A stretch of 64,000 nucleotides of DNA from an uncultured delta proteobacterium (GTDB lineage Bacteria; Desulfobacterota; Desulfobacteria; Desulfobacterales; Desulfosalsimonadaceae), in the NCBI GenBank assembly GCA_963826785.1, contig CAWGYD010000008.1:32001-96000 (forward strand), written 5' to 3'. The notes below the pieces were generated by a model, which saw only the letters and a list, made by a program, of their open reading frames with translations, was not told the DNA's origin and did no database searches. The translations under genes and the position numbers were made by a program. Of the stretch, positions 41,719 through 53,786 are shown piece after piece; position 1 is the stretch's first letter; every line of letters begins with the position of its first letter.

Positions 41719-42903
41719 CTATTCCCAGATCCCCTCCAGTGAATCGTGAGAACTGGGGCGGAAGCTTTTTTGCCGGATCATCTTCGTCATCATATCGAGA
41801 CCGAATGTGAAAAAGGGCATTGGATCTTTCCGGCAAAAATCGTCCAGTGCGATATCTTGCATGAAAAGCCCGCAATATTCCTTAATGAAACTTAATTTGT
41901 AACGGTGGTGCTTCAATGCCTGGGGGAGCGTTCGCAGGTCCCCCCAAAGCCATCGGGTCATAACGCCTTTTGCAAATCCCGGAGTTTCTTTCACATCTCC
42001 TTTTGATGCAATCTGATAGAGCATGTATGGGAAATCGACGCCGCTTGCGATTCCCTGGGCCAGGGATCCCCAGAACCGCGGATTGATATCGATGAGGTAG
42101 GGTATGCCGGTATTTTCCTCGACTAAAAAATCGGCCTGACAGATCCCATGCCATTTAAGGGCTTCGAGAAATTTTTTCATCAGGATGACGATCTCCGGCT
42201 TATCGACGCTGACCCGGAGTGTCGCCTGTCCGCCGGAAAACGGCAGATCCCTCAGCTGTTTATAGACCAAATGCCCTTTAAGAATTCCCTGGTTCATCAC
42301 CATGGCCACACAGTAAACATTCCCCTTGATTTTCTCCTGGACAAAAAAACGATCCCATGGACGATCGGCATGATTGCTCTTTTCAAGCAGTTTTGTAAGA
42401 TCCTGCCGGGAATCTGCCTGGGCAATCCCCCATGCGCCGCCGCCTTGCTTCGGTTTAATCAAAACCGGGAAATCGAGTTTGCCCATTTCCTTTCTGAGTT
42501 CGTCAATGCCTGCCGAGCGAGGAACCGGGATACCGAGATTACGGGCGAGGGGCAGCCATTTGTCTTTGTTGTGCGCAATCAATATCTGCGCATAATCCGG
42601 GATCGCCATTTTCACATGCGTCGATACAGCCGATTTGTATTTTGCCAGTAAAAATGTTTCTTCAAAGACCGGGATCAAGGCCTCGGCCCGCAGACGTCTG
42701 GCATTTTCAACAATGGCGTTAATGAAGGCTTGTGGTTCCTTAAAAGGAGAAGGATACAAAAAATGCCCCTTTGAATACCGTGAACTGAATGCCATGGACA
42801 TGGGGACGAAATCAGCCGTATAGACGTCAATGCCTTTTTCACCAAGGCTTTTCACGATGCCATAGGCCATTCTGCTTTTGGCATTGGTTACGATTACCCT
42901 CAT
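41719..42903 (-). CDS. ATP-grasp ligase
   Basis: FPVLIKP..GGG, VQEKI, LIDINPRFWGS. Confidence 0.85.
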   Translation of the reverse strand: MRVIVTNAKSRMAYGIVKSLGEKGIDVYTADFVPMSMAFSSRYSKGHFLYPSPFKEPQAFINAIVENARRLRAEALIPVFEETFLLAKYKSAVSTHVKMAIPDYAQILIAHNKDKWLPLARNLGIPVPRSAGIDELRKEMGKLDFPVLIKPKQGGGAWGIAQADSRQDLTKLLEKSNHADRPWDRFFVQEKIKGNVYCVAMVMNQGILKGHLVYKQLRDLPFSGGQATLRVSVDKPEIVILMKKFLEALKWHGICQADFLVEENTGIPYLIDINPRFWGSLAQGIASGVDFPYMLYQIASKGDVKETPGFAKGVMTRWLWGDLRTLPQALKHHRYKLSFIKEYCGLFMQDIALDDFCRKDPMPFFTFGLDMMTKMIRQKSFRPSSHDSLEGIWE

Positions 42904-42909
42904 GGCTGC

Positions 42910-44103
42910 CTAAACGATCCTGCGCGTCTTTTGTTTCATCATGTTGATGGCATGCTGCTTCCATTGATAATAAAAAGGCTTGGGATCCCTTTTATTTAGA
43001 ACGGCAAATACTTTTCTGCCCAAATAGGGTGCCATATATTCTTTAAGGCTGAATTGCTCCAGGTGATGGTGCAACAGGGTATGCAGTACGTCTTTGTAGA
43101 GATGAATCCAGTAAATATCGCTTTGGTAGGAATTTGACCTGGCTTTCCGGCCTTTTACCAGATCAAGATACTGGATATAAGGAAAATTAATGCCGCACGC
43201 GACACACAATCCGATATAAAAAATAAATCGCATATTGATCTCGATGAGTTTGTATTTATCCTCTCTTGGATCGTATTTCCATTCGATTTCCGAAAAACCG
43301 TGATAGCCCAAGTTCTTTAAAAGAGCGTAACTCATCTCGTCTAAGCACTTGCTTTTTTCACTTTTAACGACTCTTCCGTATCCGTACTTCGGCGGATCCT
43401 GACGTATTTTCCGGGATGTCATCGAAGCAAGAAGCTCTCCAGAACGATCAATGTAGGAGGCATACTGGATCATCTGCTCACTGTCCGGACCGGGAATAAT
43501 TTCACTGATCGACAATTCGTATTCATCTTTTGTAAAATCAGAAGTCAGACACTTATACTCATCAACCAATTCTTCAAATGTGTCTACCTCGATCATCTTG
43601 ATGTCGTGTTTTCTGTAAAAGAGATGCCCAAGCCCTGGTTTTATAAGACATGGGAATCTCAGATCCGCTTTTATATGGTTGAGTTCATCGCGTGTTTTTG
43701 GGGAAAATGTCTTTGGAACGGCGATGCCGAGACTTTCTGCCGCTCTGTAAAGAGCGCTTTTATTCATTATCTTTTGCACAATTTCAATATCGAGTTTCGG
43801 TATCCGGTAATATTTCGAGAGAATATCCTGATGCGCAGCCAGAAATTCAACAGTATAATCTTTTGTCGGTACAATCAGAAATCCCGCCCATTCACCCTTC
43901 TTTTCCAGAAGGAAATCCAACAATAATGAAGGATTTTCGATAAAGCCCGGAATCCTGATGGATTCAGTGACGTACTTCGAATATCTTCCGATCTCATCTT
44001 TATCCTGATCATAGAGAACGATGCTTCTGATCCCCTTCTCACCAAGCGCCCGAATAACCTGGTAACCGAGTTCGGTTCCATTCAAAATGATAACTTTTTC
44101 CAT
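42910..44103 (-). CDS. ATP-grasp carboxylate-amine ligase (D-aspartate ligase-like)
   Basis: FPCLIKP, EIIPGPD, KIRQDP, EWKYDPR...LIEIN.R. Confidence 0.8.
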   Translation of the reverse strand: MEKVIILNGTELGYQVIRALGEKGIRSIVLYDQDKDEIGRYSKYVTESIRIPGFIENPSLLLDFLLEKKGEWAGFLIVPTKDYTVEFLAAHQDILSKYYRIPKLDIEIVQKIMNKSALYRAAESLGIAVPKTFSPKTRDELNHIKADLRFPCLIKPGLGHLFYRKHDIKMIEVDTFEELVDEYKCLTSDFTKDEYELSISEIIPGPDSEQMIQYASYIDRSGELLASMTSRKIRQDPPKYGYGRVVKSEKSKCLDEMSYALLKNLGYHGFSEIEWKYDPREDKYKLIEINMRFIFYIGLCVACGINFPYIQYLDLVKGRKARSNSYQSDIYWIHLYKDVLHTLLHHHLEQFSLKEYMAPYLGRKVFAVLNKRDPKPFYYQWKQHAINMMKQKTRRIV

Positions 44104-44219
44104 AAAATAATTTCTGAATTCGTATGATATTGAGAAGTAATCTATTGAAATTAGAGCTTCATTATCAAAAGCGGCAGGAGGGATGCGATACTGGATAATC
44201 GTTCAAAAAGATGCAAACT

Positions 44220-45377
44220 TCATTGATGCGACAAGGATTCATCTACACTGCGAAAATTTAAACGCGATTTATCTAATTTGAAGTTATGGTCGCCGCTCAC
44301 ATTCGCATTCAAATCAAAAAATGACATTTCATGTATCCCGGGTATACAGTATCGTTTTTCACATTTTTGTAGAAATTTTGGATCGTCATCGCCATCTTTG
44401 TCCTTGAAAATGGCGGCTTTAATTTTTCCTTTTTCATCATACATAAATGGATTGGACTTTAAAAATGCTGAGACTTGTTTGTTCTTTTCAATGGGTTTAA
44501 TATAATAATAACTTCTGGAGGGCTTCCCTATATTTAAGCCAAGTCCCCTTTTAAATTGAAGAACGCCATCATTTAAGAAACTCCTTGTATAGCCTGTATT
44601 GACTTCTCTAAAGCCAATTTTTTTGAGGTAATCAAATCCAAAGAAATAAATCGCCGGAATGATATATTCATTTCTATACTCAAAGATATCCACTTTAATA
44701 CCCAGAGTCCAAAACCTTGGTCTTCTTTCTTTTAGATTTATCAATGCCCCCGCGATGTTCATATTATCCTGTCTCACGAACAGGCATATACAATCCTTGA
44801 ATTTTTTCGCCATATTTTCATATGTCCAAACCAAGGCCCCTTCATTATATCTACTGTTAATATAGGGCAGGTACATATCATGGTAAAACGCCTCAAGTGA
44901 TTTCAGATCCGATGTGACAATATAGCTTAGATTATTTTCGGTTATTTTTTTAAGATTTCGCCTGTGGTTTCTGCTCATGTTGATCGAAGGTTCTTTGTCT
45001 ATGTTGACCCACCCGGATACCCAGCATGGTACAAAATACCCATCATTTCTAAATAAACTTTCTTTCAATTGATTCCCGATTTCGATGACCAATAGAGATG
45101 CCCCTGCTTTTTCAATTAAGTTTTGCTTCGCCAAAATACTGCTCGTATGCCTCCCTATGAATTTATCTTGCAGCAGGCGATCAAAAATCCGATTAACCAT
45201 ATCGTGTTTATTGATCAATGACCCCCCAAAGATTACGCTGTATGCTTCTTTGGTGCTTTTGTCCACGCCTGTTAACAACCAGAAGTTGTTCCTCATTTTC
45301 TTAATTGAATACGCCAGATCGTATAAGGTCGATGCCGAATTGCGAAATACATCTGTCATTATGGATATCCCATCCAA
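44220..45377 (-). CDS. Hypothetical protein, possibly GNAT/FemAB-like fold
   Basis: Long AT-rich ORF; FYHDMY.PY and GYTRSFLNDGVLQFKR resemble acyltransferase-like proteins. Confidence 0.5.
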   Translation of the reverse strand: MDGISIMTDVFRNSASTLYDLAYSIKKMRNNFWLLTGVDKSTKEAYSVIFGGSLINKHDMVNRIFDRLLQDKFIGRHTSSILAKQNLIEKAGASLLVIEIGNQLKESLFRNDGYFVPCWVSGWVNIDKEPSINMSRNHRRNLKKITENNLSYIVTSDLKSLEAFYHDMYLPYINSRYNEGALVWTYENMAKKFKDCICLFVRQDNMNIAGALINLKERRPRFWTLGIKVDIFEYRNEYIIPAIYFFGFDYLKKIGFREVNTGYTRSFLNDGVLQFKRGLGLNIGKPSRSYYYIKPIEKNKQVSAFLKSNPFMYDEKGKIKAAIFKDKDGDDDPKFLQKCEKRYCIPGIHEMSFFDLNANVSGDHNFKLDKSRLNFRSVDESLSHQ

Positions 45378-45394
45378 GGCCTGCGCCCCTGATT

Positions 45395-46544
45395 TTAAAT
45401 TTTGAAATTATATGCTGCCAACGCTGCTTTCAGACGGGGGGTCAGCAACCCCCCGTTGGTCGCTTGTATTCCGGCCGTCCCCCACTCAATATTTCCCTCG
45501 ATGATCACCGGCCCGACATCAGTGATGGCGATGTCCCATCCGATGGACTTGAGTTGAAAAAAGGCTTTTTGCGCCTTTTCTGCCAATAAGCACACCTCGT
45601 TCCAGAAGGGGACTTGAAAATTCTTGAATCTGACGTTTGTTTTTGGATGAGCCGTAACCGTGGTTCCAAAGTTCGGATGAAAGAACCCGGTTTCTTTTAG
45701 TTTGCCATTTGACAGGTTTATACCGACCACAATCCCTCCTGTGGAAAAATTGTCAGTGCAGTTTTCATCGGCGCCCGTTCTCAACATCCCGGCAAGCAAA
45801 ATAACCGACATTTCTTTTGTCAAAAAGGTTATGATCCGGATCGTGTTTACCGAGCATGGATTTAATTTTTTCATTTCCCTGTGCTGATCGATCCGTTCCT
45901 CAATGATAAAATCCCCTGCTTTAAACCTGGCTTCTGCGATTTCCAGTTCTGATCCGTGTTTAATCAGCATTTTGACCAGCTCATTTCCAGAAAGAAAATG
46001 AATCCCCAATCCCTGAACGCCCTTTGCCGGCTTAATCACGAAGGTACTTATTCAAATTATTATTCAAATAATCACATAAACTAATGCCGTCGCCAATTAC
46101 CCTTCCTTCATGAAAAATGCCGCACAGCTTTGGTGTCGGCAATTGTCGGCTCCGGCAATAACAATGAAAAGTATACTTATCATTGACGAGCATGGTGTAC
46201 TCGACATTCCATAATATGGAATACAACTGTCGCCTGATGAAAGGGGAATCCGGTTCGTCGAGATATGTGGCGAATTCGTGGCGTTTTTTGACATCAAATC
46301 GCCATAGCCGGTAATTTCTCGGGAGCATTCCACGAACAAAAAACAAGTACAGGTAATCCGATATAATAGACGCCGCATTTTTTGCCGGCTGCCCCGGTTC
46401 GCGATATGATTTGCTGCCCAATCCTTCAAAAAGGTTCGGCAGGCGCCGCAGGTGGGCAATCGCGTGACCCAGCAGCCTCGAGTAACGGACAGCTCTTGTG
46501 CCCATAGATTCACTTTGCCTTGGCATTGAATACGGAGGAATCAT
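45395..46544 (-). CDS. Sugar-transfer-associated ATP-grasp protein; one extra base near 46045
   Basis: NDKY.F, then IKP..G.QG, SVNTIRI, DN...GG, HP.T, IGWDIAIT...IIEGN in the next frame. Confidence 0.8.
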
Positions 46545-46588
46545 GTGAACTACTTATTATCCCACTTCTAAAATAAGTCGATCAAATC

Positions 46589-46628
46589 AAAGGCAGGGGT
46601 GCGGCGACGGCCCCACCCCTGCCTTTTT
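46589..46628 (-). terminator. Stem-loop terminator downstream of the PKD protein gene
   Basis: AAAGGCAGGGGTG / CACCCCTGCCTTT 13-bp inverted repeat. Confidence 0.7.
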
Positions 46629-46640
46629 CTTTCTTTCGAT

Positions 46641-49600
46641 TTACCGCATGGAAGCAGGCGGCTTCGAAAAATCCAAAAACTCATAGATGGGTTCGATGGA
46701 ATTCAAAAGGCTCAGGATCTCCTGATCGCTGTATCCGAGCAGATAGGATCTCAGATAATCATCGGCTGTATAAGTTCCGGAGTCCTTTGTGGCGCAAAAC
46801 ATTTTTCCGCGGTGGAACGTCCCCACATAATATTGGGCGGAGTTGCAGGATCCGTAGAACATTCGCCCGTATTTCATTTCTGCTTCCGGTATTTTGGCTC
46901 TGCGGGCATCCAGGATAACCTTCCCAAAGGTAATCGGGCTGCCGGTCGATCTCGAATAATAATGGGGTTTGTGGTGAAATGTATTGTCCGCATAGATCAG
47001 ACCGATAATATTGTATACAAAATCCGTTTCACGCTCCACGTCATACCCGTTGGGTCCGGACACGGTCAGGGTAACCGTATAAGCTCCCGGCTCCGTATAA
47101 GTGTGGGTCGGGTTATGCTCTGTGCTGACCGGGGATCCGTCTCCGAAATCCCACTCCCAGCTTGTAATTTCCCCGGCGCTTTGATCGATAAAATCCACGA
47201 CTGTTCGATCTGAGCCCAATCGGTTCAGGGACGTGAATTCCGCCTGGATCAAGGGCGATGTCCCAACCGCGATAAAATCGGTCTTGACCTCTGTATCGTG
47301 TTCCCCGGATGAATCGGTTACCCTGAGACTTACGGTGTAAAGCCCGGGATTCGCATAGGTGTGGGTCGGGTTCTCCAGGATGCTGTAGGTCCCATCGCCG
47401 AAATCCCAGTACCAATCCGTAATTCCTCCGGAGACATCCGACATGGAATAAAAAGAGCCCATCTGGACAAACTGGACCGCCAGGGGAGCGCCTCCCGATG
47501 TCACGTCGGCTCTGAATTCGGATTGGAGAATCTTTGCCGGATTCTCCAGGGCGCTTAAGAATAAAGGCATCCGCAATCACCGTCCCGTCCGCATCGTCAC
47601 TCACCTGGAAGGTGTAGGCGCCTTCGTCGAAGTAAAAAGCCCCCAGGGTGTTCGCGAGTTGTGTTTCCCGTTGGTCCACTTCGACAATACTTGATCCTCC
47701 CGCATGCTGGATCGTAAATTTGGCATTGGTGGCATTGGCCGGATCCGGATACCAGGACGCCAGAGCGGCATAATAGCCCGGATACTTCACCAGCAGGGTA
47801 AAAGTTGCGGTATTCTGACCGGTTCCGGGTAAATGGTACTGATAGTTATACCCCAAATAACCGGCTTCTCCCATATAACCCGCCCCGGCAACCTTTGCCA
47901 TCGGCCAGTTACCGACGACATCGAACCGGTTGAAATCGGAATCCGTGTTGGTGATAAAGTATTCGGGATTTGCCATCGGGTCCGGCGGGGCTGAACCATT
48001 GGGCCAGTCCCAGGCCGGAACGTTGGCGTCGGGAAACCTTTCGAGATAGCTTCCGTTCGACAGTTCCACCTTGTAGGTGTTCGGATCTCCCGGAATCTCG
48101 TATTTCAGATAATAATTATACGGCGGAGTTCCTTCGTCAAAAGTGTACGGCATGATTCCGCTGGAATAATCGCTGTAGATCGGCAGCCAGTTGGGATAGG
48201 CCTGGCCATATTGCATTCCGTCGATTTTGACCGACACCATATCGGTGGAAAAACTCATGAAGCGTTCGTCATCAATGAAATAGATATTGTCTATCTGTTG
48301 TCGGTAGACTTCTGACACAGTGGCAAAGGTGAGCCCCAATCCGAAATTGGCATGCCCATTGATAACGATGTGGGAATCCTGCTCTTTAAGGGCGGCATCC
48401 ATCGCCGCCGGCGTTCTCACGGTGTGAATGAAGTAGGTGATGTTTTTGTCCGTATTCGTATATACGTATACGCCGTTGTTTTCCACGGCGCCCATACTGG
48501 TGAGCATTTGCGTCGTGTGGGGGATAAACAAAGCGTCCCCGGCATATCCGTCGCAGAGATAAATATTTTCAGCGGCCGCGAGGATGTGAATATAATTTTG
48601 CCGGGTTTCGGTATCCGACCCCGAAGAATTTTCCACCGTAAGGGAAACCGTATAATCACCCGGTTCCAGATACTCATGAACCGGGTTTTCTTCCGTGCTG
48701 GTGTTTCCGTCACCAAAATTCCAGAGCCAGTCCGTCACATTCCCAAGGCTCATGTCGGTAAACTGAATCGTATATGGCGCTCCGCCGTATACGCTATCCG
48801 CGGAAAAATCGGCGACCGGAGGGCTTGCCTGGGCCACCCGGGTGAATTTCATTGCATCCGCGCACGTGCTCGATGGCCCGGGCTGAGCAGTAATCGTGAT
48901 GCGATAGCTGGTATTGGCCTCGAATAAATAATCGCCCAGGGTGTTCCACTTTCCTCCGTTGGCCTGCTGGTTCACCAACACGGTAGTGGAGCCTCCTGCA
49001 TACGCAATTTTAACTGGAACACTCATGCTCCTGGATGGCCACTCCGTCCACCACATGAAAATTTCATAATGATCTGAAACCACGGGTTGAAACGTCCAGG
49101 TATAGGTGGCGCCATCCCGGCTCCATAAAGAATTTGTCCCGTAGTAACCCGAAGCCCCGGAAACATACCAGGCTCCGGTATAAGAAGTGCCGGCCCCGCC
49201 ATTGTCGATGACGATTTCTTCAGGAATTTCATCGATGGTCAGGCTTTGAGTCACGGGTTGAGAAGCGGCTCCATCCTCGTCGTAAACCACAAAGGTGATC
49301 GTGTGGGTACCTTTGGAGAGCACATTTGTTGAAAATGATGAAAAATCGCTTAAATGCCCGTCGATATCCGAATCCCAACTATAGCCGGTCACGGTTCCGT
49401 CCGGATCTTCGCCGTGTCCGGAAAAGACAATCAGCGCATCAAGATTTGCCGGGTTTGGAGAAATGCTGTCGATATAAGCAGTTGGAGGAATATTTCCAAC
49501 GCTCAGACTGGCTTCAGCCGGAACCGACCATGCGCCTGCATCGTCTTGAACTCTGAATGTAATGGCGTGCACCCCATTTGAAAGGCCAGCCGAGGAAAAT

Positions 49601-50898
49601 GAAGGCTGGTCGCTCAGTTCCCCGTCGATGCTGGACTTCCAGGCATATGCCGATACACTGCCGTCGGTGTCCTCTCCGTGGCCGGTAAAGGTCACTTCCT
49701 GGCCTGCATCCGCCGGGTTGGGGGAAATGGAATCGATATTTGCCGTCGGTGTACTGTTCGTTTCCATAAAATTGAATTTGACCGCATCCGCACATGTGCT
49801 CGACGGGTACGGCTGGGATTTTATGCTGACTTTCCCTCCGGAATTGGTATCGAAACGGTAAACACCGAGGCTGTTCCATTTCCCGCCATTTTGTTGCTGA
49901 TTGATATTGATCGTCTCTGACCCGCCATCATACTGGATGGTGACCGGCACACTGGTGCTTCTCGAAGGCCACACCGTCCACCACATGGTCAGCTCATATT
50001 CGCCGGTCTGGGGTGGAGTGAAGTTCCAGGTGAATGTCGTCCCATCCCTGCTCCATACCGAATCAGGGCCATAGGGATTGGATGCGCCTGAAACTTCCCA
50101 AGTGCCGGTCTGGGAGGTGCCGGCGGCGCGATTATCGATGATGATTTCGGTGGGAACGCTGCCCACGATCAATGTCTGCGTCGCGGGCACGGACCAGAGG
50201 CCCTCCGCATCCTGGACGCTGAAGGAAATGATATGGGTGCCTTCGGTTAATGATGTCGTAAAAGACGCAACATCGCTCAAAAGACCGTCTATGCTCGATT
50301 CCCAACGATAGGCGGCAATGTCTCCCTCGGTATCCGCGCCTGAACCTTGAAACTCTATTATCTGTTGCGGCTCGGCCGGATTGGGATCAATCATGTCGAT
50401 GGAAGCAGTTGGCGGGGTATTGCCGGAGATGAATCGGTACCACACCGCATCTGCGCAAGTGCTGAGGGTCGCCCCGTAGGCGGCCGTAATCGTGACGGTG
50501 CCGCTCCCATTGAAAAAATAAGTCCCCAAACTGTTCCACTGCCCGGCATTTTCCTGCTGATTAACACTCAGGTTTTCCGTTCCGTTTGCATGATATATGG
50601 CAACAGGGATTTTTGTTGCTCTTGATTTATAAGCCGACCACCACATAAGCACCTCATAGGTGCCGGGAAGCTGGGAATTCATCTGCCAGGAATAGGTTAC
50701 CCCATCGCGCGAGGCCAGGCTGTCACCATCGTAGGGCAAGGTTCCTCCAGATGGATACCAGGCGCCTGTGAAGGAAGTGCCGGAATCGCCGTCATCGATC
50801 AGGACATCGCCAAACGCACTTCCGCATAAGAAAAATAGAACCAAAAATAGCAACACCGGCCAAGAATAAATAAAACCGCTTCCGTATTTTCGTTTCAT
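46641..50898 (-). CDS. Large secreted protein with PKD and golvesin/CBM-like repeats; one extra base near 47557
   Basis: Signal peptide; repeated IIDN...W...W...VNQQ.NGG.WN.LG.Y.F...CADA domains; WDFGDG...NP.H.Y PKD motifs in both frames. Confidence 0.82.
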
Positions 50899-51192
50899 TG
50901 ATTTCCTCCTTCCCAGAAAGATTGATAAAAACCCATTAAATTCAATGTCCAGAACCTGCCTGCTTTTGGATACAATGATAACTTGGACTTTTTCAGGCGT
51001 GGGTCAATGCCCGGAGTTCCAACCGGAGAACGCAGCTTGTGAAATTTGAAAAATTTTTATGTAAAAAGATTTTTCTCGCAAAACGGCCGGGGTTGGAGTG
51101 GCCTTTTCGTCATGGCGAGAAATTCAAGTATTCAGATTTGCATCAGATGGGATTTAAGGAAGCGGTAATAAACTTGAGCAGTCCAGCCGTTT

Positions 51193-52519
51193 TTACGATA
51201 CAGATGAATCAGCCGACAATCGACTGGTGATGGATCGATGTTTGCCCGTCGCCCCGCGCTCAAGAAATTGAACCGGCACTACATCTATTTTTATCATTCC
51301 GCCTAAGATATCACGGAGATTGTTCAGAATCCGTCTTCTGACGTTTTCGATTTGGCTGTCTTGGTCGATGACGACATAAACGGTTATGTTGTAGTCGATA
51401 TCCTGATGTATTTTAAATTCCTTGACTGCGGAGATGGTCTCAACCTGGAACACCATCGTTTGGGGATCCAGTAATTTCCCGTTCGGCAGGACAATGAAAT
51501 CATCGGATCTTCCAACAATAGATTGAAAATACGGAAAGGTGCGGCCGCATGCGCATTTACTCTGTGATAATATACCGATATCTCCGATTTCATAGCGAAG
51601 ATAAGGCATCGAATAGTTATTCAAGGCGGTGATGACGATTTTCCCCTTCTCTCCGGGCGGCAGAGTTCTTCCATTTTCGTCATGGATTTCGACAATGACA
51701 TTATCGGCATGCCACATGAAGATTCTGCATCCTGCACTCAAAGCCGATTGCCGAAAATTCCAGGCATGAATAGTCATCGTACACTTTGCATTGGAATGCA
51801 TGTTCAACAGTGTTTCGAATACTGTCCGTTAACAGTTCCGAATTGGAGAGGATAAACTTGAGACCGAGTTTTGATGCCTGTTCTTTTGTAATCACCTTTG
51901 CAAGAAGGTAAAGAACGGATGGATATGCATTGAGTATTTGAGGACGAATGTCCAAAATTTTGGACAACTGCTTCTCCGCCGGCCATTCAAGCGGGAGATA
52001 GGACCTCCTGAGAAGGCCGAATTTCTGGATGGCCAGTTCCGTCACCGGTGGGCCATAACGGATGTAAACCGATTTGTACCAGGGCTTGTACCCGAAATCG
52101 CAGAGCTGCCGAAATTGCATCAAACGATAGAGGGCAGCCACTTTGTGATCCAGCAGCACATCGAGTTTTTTCCCCGAAGAACCGGACGTCATTCGAGATG
52201 AGCATCGATTTGGATCCACACGCCTTGAAGTGATCTTATCCGGATAGTTTTCAAGAATGATATCCTTGGTCAGCACCGGGATTTTACTCAAGTCGGTAAT
52301 TGAGCGTACATCCTGCGGCCGCAACGCCATAGCATCAAATAACGCTTTGTAATAAATTACATTTTCATAAGCATAATTCACAAGCTTTTGCAGCAGCATC
52401 GTCTGCATTTTCGCAAGTGATTTTTCGCTCTTCCATTGATTTACGAAAATCGCCGGAAGCCGCAGCGCATGATAGCCGTAATTGAAAACTGGATTCAAAA
52501 GAAAGCCTCGTTCTTTCAC
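51193..52519 (-). CDS. Phenylacetate-CoA ligase-like (CapK) adenylate-forming enzyme; one extra base near 51710
   Basis: TSGSSG, YPS, YSCLE, then MPYLRYEIGD, GRSDD, TGKHR. Confidence 0.85.
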
Positions 52520-52520
52520 T

Positions 52521-53780
52521 TCACATACGAGTGGTTAAAGCCTCATTTTTTAAATTTCGCATGCTCGCACTCATGGCCAGCAGAAAAAACAAGTGGATCG
52601 AATAACCCTGAGTTAGAAATAGAGCGCTGGTCCAGAATCCGTAAAAACTGATTCCGAGAAATATCGGGAGCAGTGATCGTTTAAGTTCCATCTCCGTTCT
52701 CATTCGCCGGAGGTTGGCAATGGCGCCCAGGTTCAGAAGAACGTAGACAATAAACCCCGGAACCCCTGTTTCGACGGCCACCTCAATGATAGACGAATGG
52801 GGGACTTGCCATGCCTGTACCCCGTCCCTGTTCTCGGCGCGGCGCAGACCCAATGCAATCGATGAACAGTTGGCCCCCACGCCAAAAATGGGATTTTCCA
52901 TAAGAATTAATAAATTTTGCTTCCAGATATTCAATCGGCCTTTTTCATCAGAAACATTGTAATCACTCCCTATATTATGGAAGCGCTCCCCTGCCACGGG
53001 CAAATAATAGGCAAGAACACTCAGAAGTAGAATGACGACGAAAAATTTTCTGCCACCACGCCAGGCATCCGTTTTAATCCGCATCATTGCGATGATGATG
53101 ACCGCAAACGCGAGGATCCCGCCCCGGGACTGGGCGATTAGAATGCTTACCGCCATAGAAATGGAGGCCAATAAAAAAAAAATCTTCGTCATAAATTTAT
53201 GTTTGACCAGAAAAAAATAAAAGGTGAGCGGCAGGTATGTCACCAGCAGGAAGGCGACATCGTTCGGATCATACATCTGGCTGGCGTAAACCCGGTATCC
53301 CACGTTCCCAGCAAGAATGGTGTCTTTAATGTAGTTGAGCGAAATAAATACGGCTCCGGCAACAGCAGCCCAGGCAACACTGTTGAGCCGTTTTTCCGAA
53401 TTGACCAGAATGATAAATATAATAAAGTACAGTAAAGTACCTGGAAAAGCGGAAAAAACGAAATGAAAGGCGACCCCTCTATGAACCGCGAAAGGGATTC
53501 CCACCATCATGATCATAAAAAAAATGAGGAGAAAACGAACCTCCCGATTGCGATTGATGCCATCTGGAAATTTTATTCCTGCAAGGATCATGGAAATCAG
53601 CGTCAATGCGGAAATCATCGCAACGGGTCGCAGAAAAATGAGAAAGGTTATATAATCCTGTGGCCTTCCGATGAGCACGAAGGTCCATATCCAAAGGAAT
53701 GCAAAAGGCAATTTATCATTCGATTCTTTTGCCTCGATCCGTTCGTTACAGGGATTTTGAATGATGAATTCCGAAGACAT
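52521..53780 (-). CDS. O-antigen ligase/polymerase (Wzy-like)
   Basis: Multi-TM; DPND.A, SRGG, R..IW, PHS..IEVAVETG. Confidence 0.82.
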   Translation of the reverse strand: MSSEFIIQNPCNERIEAKESNDKLPFAFLWIWTFVLIGRPQDYITFLIFLRPVAMISALTLISMILAGIKFPDGINRNREVRFLLIFFMIMMVGIPFAVHRGVAFHFVFSAFPGTLLYFIIFIILVNSEKRLNSVAWAAVAGAVFISLNYIKDTILAGNVGYRVYASQMYDPNDVAFLLVTYLPLTFYFFLVKHKFMTKIFFLLASISMAVSILIAQSRGGILAFAVIIIAMMRIKTDAWRGGRKFFVVILLLSVLAYYLPVAGERFHNIGSDYNVSDEKGRLNIWKQNLLILMENPIFGVGANCSSIALGLRRAENRDGVQAWQVPHSSIIEVAVETGVPGFIVYVLLNLGAIANLRRMRTEMELKRSLLPIFLGISFYGFWTSALFLTQGYSIHLFFLLAMSASMRNLKNEALTTRM

Positions 53781-53786
53781 CTGGGG

